DNA of 63,999 nucleotides, filler included, from Malassezia furfur (Eukaryota): NCBI GenBank assembly GCA_052055015.1. It is 10 parts of 10 records of this genome, joined end to end, with 100 filler letters (N's around TTAATTAATTAA, not from the genome) between each part and the next. Parts side by side here need not be neighbours in the genome. Positions count along the whole stretch, not along the records: positions 58,506 to 63,999 come from JBQJIT010000596.1; 9 more parts are not named here. One strand, 5' to 3'. Shown piece by piece: positions 58,506 to 63,999 of this stretch (position 1 is its first letter; each line of letters starts with the position of its first letter). The notes under the pieces were generated by a model. It saw only the letters and a program-made list of their open reading frames with translations, ran no database searches and was not told where the DNA came from. The position numbers and the translations under genes were made by a program.

Positions 58506-59332
58506 TGCACCGCGCCGACGCCGCGCACAACGAGCCGCCGGCGCTGCTCGCGACGCTGATCAACGCCGGGTTCGGCCTGCCGTGGCCGGCGCTCGAGGCG
58601 CTGCTGCACCGTGCCGAGGCGCTCGCGCGCACCGCCGAGCCGGACACGGATGCGCTGCTCACCGAGGTGCGTGCCGCGCTCGTCCTCGCCGAGGACGAGC
58701 TGGGCGCGCAGGCGCCGAGTGCGCACCTCGGCACGGTGCCGCCCGCGGGCGACGCCGTGGACGTGCGGAGCGTGGCGTCGTTCCCGCTGCAGCTCAAGCA
58801 CGCGGGGTGCTACCTCGGGAGCACGCTGAACCGCCGGCTGCACGACACGCTGCCCGCGCCGTCGACGCTGCTCGCCGGTGCGCTCACCGCGTTCGGCCTG
58901 ACGCCCGGCGGTGCGGCGCGCGGCGCCGGGCAGGCGCGCACGGTGCTGGTGGGCGACGCGGCGCACACGACGCACCCGCTGAGCGGCCAGGGCCTCAACC
59001 TCGGCATCCAGGACGTGCGTGCGCTGAACGACGCGCTCGCCGACGCGGCGCTGCAGGGCATGGACCTCGGTACGGACGCGGCGCTGCGCCCGTACGAGGC
59101 CGCGCGCTATCTGCCGAACCAGGCGATGCTCAGCGTGACCGACCACCTGCACTGGCTGTTTGCGCCGCGCCCCGCGTCGGCGTACGCGCCGGCGACGGGC
59201 CTCGCCGGCGGCCTGCGCAGTGCCGCCGTGCAGGCGCTCGTCTGGGCGCGCTCGACGGGCCTGGACGTCGTCAACGAGCTCGGGCCGCTCAAGCAGCTGC
59301 TGCTGCAGGGCGCAGGGTCGAAGCGTACCTAG
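58506..59332 (+). CDS. COQ6: Ubiquinone biosynthesis FAD monooxygenase Coq6, C-terminal part
   Basis: ASFPLQLKHA, LVGDAAHTTHPLSGQGLNLGIQD, ARSTGLDVVNELGPLK. Confidence 0.93.
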
Positions 59333-59363
59333 CTACGTAGCTTCGCCGTTTTCGGCCAACCCA

Positions 59364-60145
59364 CTACTCGAGCGTGTTGATGCGGCACCATGCGTCGCGG
59401 CAGTCCACCGCGTGCACACGCACGCTGCGGCGTGCGTCGTCGACGCCCTGCTGCGGCGTGCCGAGCGCGTGCACGACGTCGCGGCGGTACGGCACGAGCG
59501 CGTCGTGCGCGAGACGCGGCACGAGCGCGCCGAGCACCTGGAGCGCCGCCGTGCGCGTCGGCGCGGGCGTGTGCGGCCCCGGGGGCACCTGCGCAAGCAG
59601 GCGCGGGACGAGCGTCGCGAGCGCGGCGGTCAGCGCCTCCTCGAGCGGCGTGGGCGGCGGGGGGTCGATGGGCCGCTCGGGCAGCTCGGCGAGCGCCGTG
59701 GAAAGCGCGCGCGCCGCCGACGCGCGCGCATGCGCATCGGGGATGCTCAGCGTGTGCACAAGCAGCGGCAGCAGCTCCGTCACGCGGCCGGACACGGCGG
59801 CGTCCGGCAGCGCAGGAAGGAGCGTCGCGAGCGCCACGAGGTAGGTCATCGCCGCGGGCGACTCGGCATGGGCGCGGTAGTCGTCGACGAGCTGCGGCAG
59901 GAGGCGGTCGAGGAGGCGCTGCTTGTACAGCATGCGCACCTGGAAGCCGTTGGCGCGCGTGAGCAGCGCGTCGTGCCGCGCGAGGATGCGCAGCGCATTC
60001 GCCGCCTGCATGCCGATGTCGACGGCCGGGAAGAGCTCGGTGCGGACGCGGTCGAGCATCGCGGCGCCGGTGTCGTCGCCACGCGCGAGCAAGCCGCGCG
60101 CGATCCACACCCACGCGTGCACGGCGGCGACGCGCGCCGCGCCTG
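59364..60145 (-). CDS. MMS19/Met18 C-terminal HEAT fragment with no N-terminal region
   Basis: WIARGLLARG, LYKQR, YLVAL, LLPLL, DDARRSVRVHAVDCRDAW; 5' boundary approximate. Confidence 0.75.
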
Positions 60146-60162
60146 TGCGCGTCGCCGTGCCG

Positions 60163-61665
60163 ATGCGCACGCAGCAGCGCAGCGCGCGCCTCGCGACGCT
60201 GTACGGCGCGCTCGACCGCCAAGACGCCGCAGGCGTGTACGACGCGTTCCTCGGCGTGGCCGAAACGCATACGCCGCTCGCTGCTGCGGAGTACCGCCGC
60301 GTGCTTGCGGTGCTGCTGGCCGGCGGCCATGCGCGGCCGTCGACCGACCCGATCCTCGTGGTGCTCGAGCACGTAAAGCGTGCACAGAAGCTGTACGCCC
60401 ACGCGACCGCGCCGGGCGACGTGCTCGTGCGCGACGAGCTCACGGATCTCCTGCGCGACGCCTACGTGTGGAACGCGCTGCTCACAAGCGCGCGCGGGCG
60501 CGCCAAGCGCCTGCCGCTCGCGCGCCTCGCAACGCTGCTCGACCTGTTCGTCGCCGCGGCGCAGGCCGTGCCGCCCGCGCCGCGCCCGCCCACGGCGCGC
60601 ACCTTTCCAAACGTCGTTTCCTACAATTTGCTGCTGCACGCGATCGTGCGCAGCCTGCCGGCCGACGCCGGCCGCGCGCGCGCTCCGCCCACGTCGCTGC
60701 ACGCCGTGCGCCGCGAGCTGCAAGCCGCGCGCTACACCCGCACGGACGCCGAGGCGTTCTTTGAGCTGGTGTGGGCGCGCATGGCCGCGTCGTGCACGCC
60801 GTCGCGCGCGTCGTGGGCGATCCGCGCGCTGTTTTATACCCAGCTACGGCGCCTCGGCGCCGTCCAGCAGTGCGTGCGGGCGAGCGTCGCGGCGCACCGG
60901 TGCTCCACGGCGCTGATCAATACGGCGCTCGGCGCGTACGCGGCGGCGCATCGCACAGACGCGGCGCTGCCCGCGCGCCTCGGCGCCGTGTACGAGGCGC
61001 TGCGCTACCGTGTGCTGCTCGCCGAGCTGGGGCGCGCGCCGCCCACGACGCCGGACGTCGATACGCGCGCGGTGCTCGGCATCGATGCTTTGCCGCGCGG
61101 CGTGCTGCCGGACCGCGGCACGTACGCGCTGCTGATCCGGCACCTCGCGCAGCGGGGCGACCTCGACGGCGCGCTGCGTGTGCTGCACGACATGATCGTC
61201 ACGCCGGGCGCTCCGCGCGGCGCGCGGGACGCGCCTGACGCGCACGGCATGGCGCCCGGCACGGACGTGTACCATGCGTTCTTTGCCGCGTTTGCGCGCC
61301 TCGGTGTGCCTGGGCGTGCGCGCGTGCGTGCTGCGACGCCCGACGCGTGGGTGTGGGACGTGCCGCCGGATGCGCCGTGGAACGTCGCGGCGTTTGCGGA
61401 GCTGTTTGAGGGCTACCTGCGTGTGCATCCCGCGCACACGCCGCCGCGGCGCACGCGGGGGCGCGCGCCGGCGCCGAGCCCGGCGCAGCTGTACCATGTG
61501 CTCGTGGCGCTGCGGCGCGTCGCCGGGCGCGAGACGGCGTGGGCCGCGGCGCAGTGGGCGCGGCTCGTGGACAAGTTTGGCGACGCGGCGCACTGGGACC
61601 ATTTCCGCCTGGATGCGCGCGTGGAGGGCCTGGTCGCCGCGCTGGGCGGCGCTGCGGGGTCGTAG
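60163..61665 (+). CDS. Pentatricopeptide-repeat (PPR) protein, probably mitochondrial; true start uncertain
   Basis: DAYVWNALL, PNVVSYNLLLHA, PDRGTYALLIRHLAQRGDLDGALRVLHDM, PGTDVYHAFF. Confidence 0.75.
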   Translation: MRTQQRSARLATLYGALDRQDAAGVYDAFLGVAETHTPLAAAEYRRVLAVLLAGGHARPSTDPILVVLEHVKRAQKLYAHATAPGDVLVRDELTDLLRDAYVWNALLTSARGRAKRLPLARLATLLDLFVAAAQAVPPAPRPPTARTFPNVVSYNLLLHAIVRSLPADAGRARAPPTSLHAVRRELQAARYTRTDAEAFFELVWARMAASCTPSRASWAIRALFYTQLRRLGAVQQCVRASVAAHRCSTALINTALGAYAAAHRTDAALPARLGAVYEALRYRVLLAELGRAPPTTPDVDTRAVLGIDALPRGVLPDRGTYALLIRHLAQRGDLDGALRVLHDMIVTPGAPRGARDAPDAHGMAPGTDVYHAFFAAFARLGVPGRARVRAATPDAWVWDVPPDAPWNVAAFAELFEGYLRVHPAHTPPRRTRGRAPAPSPAQLYHVLVALRRVAGRETAWAAAQWARLVDKFGDAAHWDHFRLDARVEGLVAALGGAAGS

Positions 61666-61682
61666 AGGGCGTAGCAAAGCAT

Positions 61683-63796
61683 CTATGGGCGCACCGTGCG
61701 CGTCGTCGCGTCCGTGTCGCGCGGCCGGCGGTAGTACACGTTGAAGTTCCAGCGGCGCGCCAGGTCGCGCACCGACAGGTTCGGGTGCCGCTCGAGCACC
61801 GCGATCATCGCGACGAGGCGCTGCTGGAAGGCTGCATGCGTCGCGCACTGCGCCGCGCGAGCTCCGTGGTGGCGAGCCGCGCGAGGTCGTCGAGCGCCGC
61901 GCAGTACGCGAGGATCGCGTCGAGCTGCGCACGGACCTCGTCGGCGAGGTGGTCCGCCTGGCCGCGCTTGCCGCCGCGGAGCAGCGCGTTGGAGATGAGC
62001 GTGTGCAGGTAGGTGCGGTGCGTCTCAATGAGCTGGTCAAGGTCCGCGCCGGGGTGGTGCGCAAACTCGTGCACGAGCGCGTGCCAGGAGTAGGCGATCA
62101 CCTCGAGCTGGCAAAAGCCCTGCAGCTGGCGCACAAAGTGGATCATCTCGTCGAGGTGCAGCAGCGCGCGGCGCGTCGCGTGCGCCGTCGGCGCGGCGTC
62201 CGCGCGGCGCGCGCGCAGCAGCGCCTTGTTCGTCGCCACCGTGTCGACCCACGCGGCGGTGACGGCGGCCTCGACGCGCTGCAGCTTCCAGAGGTAGTGG
62301 AAGAGGATCTGGTAGCCCGCCATGGCGCTCGCGTCGAGCACGGCGCTGACCGGCGACTCGACGCGGTACTCGAGCGTGAACGTGTCCCAGCCCGTGTCGC
62401 CCGCGCCGAACTCGAGTGAGCGCGCGTCGAGGCGGCGCAGGATGTCGGGGTCGTCGTACTGGGCGTTGGAGGTGCGGATGGCCGTCTCGAGTGCGGCGCT
62501 CAGGTTGTGCTGGTGCAGCGTGTGCGCGGGGCGCGACAAGCTGGGCCCGAGCGACGCCATGAGCGCATCGGCAAAGTCGCCCTTGGCGAGCAGCAGGTAC
62601 TCTTTGAGCGCGCGCAGGTGCTCCCAGAGGCGGAAGCGGTGCAGGAAGGTGTCGACGAGGTGGCCGCTCGCCGCGGCGTACACGGCGTCGATCGCATGCT
62701 CGAGGCCGACCATGTCCGAGTAGCGCAGCGTGCGCTCGCGGTTCGTCGCGTGCAGCGTCGCGTGCATCGCCGCCCAATCCGCCTCGCCGCAGCTGCACCG
62801 GATAAAGTTGAGCGAGCGGCCGGTGGAGAAGATTTTGCGCGCAAAGTGCTCGCTCAGGAAACTCGGCAGCAGCTCGCGCCGGAGCACAAACTTGCTGTGC
62901 CACACGTCCGCGGCGTTTGTGCCCTCGTCCGCGGCGCCGCTCAGCTCGTCGCGCGCGCGCGCAGGCGCCGGCGGCCGCGGCTGCAGCGCGACAAAGAACT
63001 CGCCGGACGGGTCGTCCAGCTCCCCATCGTAGATCCAGCGCGAGAGGCAGGCGAAGAACGGGCGCGAGACGTGGTCCAGGAGCGTGGCGGTAAACTGGCG
63101 CACGAACGGGTCGCCCGTCAGCGTGTACGCGTGGATCGTCGAGACGAGCCGCCCGCCGTGCGCGTCGCGGCACGACTCGACGATCGTGCTTATGAGGCGC
63201 ATGCGCAGCAGCGGCTCGCGCGTGTCCTGCACGAGCGTGTGCAGCGTGAGCGCAGGCGCGTCCGGCGCGCCCTCGGCGAGCCGGTGCCAGCGCGCCTCGA
63301 GGTCGGCGACCAGCGCATAGTACGCGGTGAGCTGTGCCGCGAGAAAGTGGCACAGGCTCTGCGTCGTGCGCCGCGCGTCCGCCTGCTGTGCGTGCGCCTC
63401 GACAAACTCGCGCACGCGCACATACAGCTGCCCGAGCTCCGCGAGGCGGTGGATGCGGTCCTGCACCGGCAGGGGGATGGTCTGGGTCAGCGCGGGCAGG
63501 GGGGGACGTACACCGTGCCGCTCGTCGAACGTGAGGCGCAGCACGTCCGTCGGCGCGTCCTGGGCGAGCGCGCCGTCGTCGCGCGCAGGGCGCCGCTCGG
63601 TGTGCAGCTGCACATGCGCGCCGCTGATGCCCTGCAACAGGTAGAGCACGTCGCGGAGGAGCGCGAGCTCGGGGACATGGGCGCACCCTGCGTCAGTTTC
63701 GCACCACCTACCCTGCCGCGCACGCACGCGTTCCAGCAGCGCCGCGCGGGGCAGCCGCGCGCCCGGCTGCACGTCGCCCACGCGCACCACCTGCAT
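61683..63796 (-). CDS. SPC98: Gamma-tubulin complex component Spc98/GCP3, with an apparent frameshift near the 3' end
   Basis: LLRDVLYLLQGISG, LAELG.LY, TGDPFV, WIYDGEL.DP..EFF, YLLLAKGDF, GWDTFTLEY; the conserved LARRWNFNVYY end lies in another frame, stopping at 61683; probable introns 63482-63511 and 63688-63711. Confidence 0.9.
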
Positions 63797-63999
63797 CGTG
63801 TTTGGGTGCGCTTTTCGGCACGCGCCCCCGCGCCTCCACACGGCCCACCCCCCCGCGACCAGGATGCCGCTCGCGGGCCAGGCGCCCCGGCACGGGACCC
63901 AGGCGCACAAACTCACTGTCCCGACCAACTTGGTGCCGTTTGGCGGTACGGAGCGCACTACGTATGCCGCGGGCAAGGCGGGCGCAGGCGCGGCCCACG

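Overview
Eukaryotic, not prokaryotic: a very gene-dense, GC-rich basidiomycete yeast genome, most consistent with Malassezia (tiny spliceosomal introns, minimal intergenic DNA, (TTAGGA)n telomere). The window is an artificial concatenation of ten unrelated contigs of about 6.3-6.5 kb, sorted by decreasing length and joined by 100-nt N44-TTAATTAATTAA-N44 linkers, so gene neighbourhoods are meaningful only within a contig. Most contigs carry housekeeping genes (LIP2, ADE3, NCB2, DAHP synthase, kinesin, PalC, ATP17, RPS2/RPS0, GFA1, CHL1, POM152, NOT3, IMG1, MRP2, HEM1, TRZ1, ECHS1, GPI13, RAD2, COQ6, SPC98 and others). I reconstructed 31 introns by hand (21-65 nt, median 26 nt) that the ORF track misses. 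The most interesting region is contig 8 (45743-52029), a lower-GC chromosome end: amino-acid permease tail, secreted and possibly GPI-anchored agmatinase-family enzyme, a decaying tandem-domain KP6 killer-toxin-like gene, a DHA1 drug exporter, an ascomycete-like aldo-keto reductase, then the telomere. All family assignments come from reading motifs and from memory; no searches were run.
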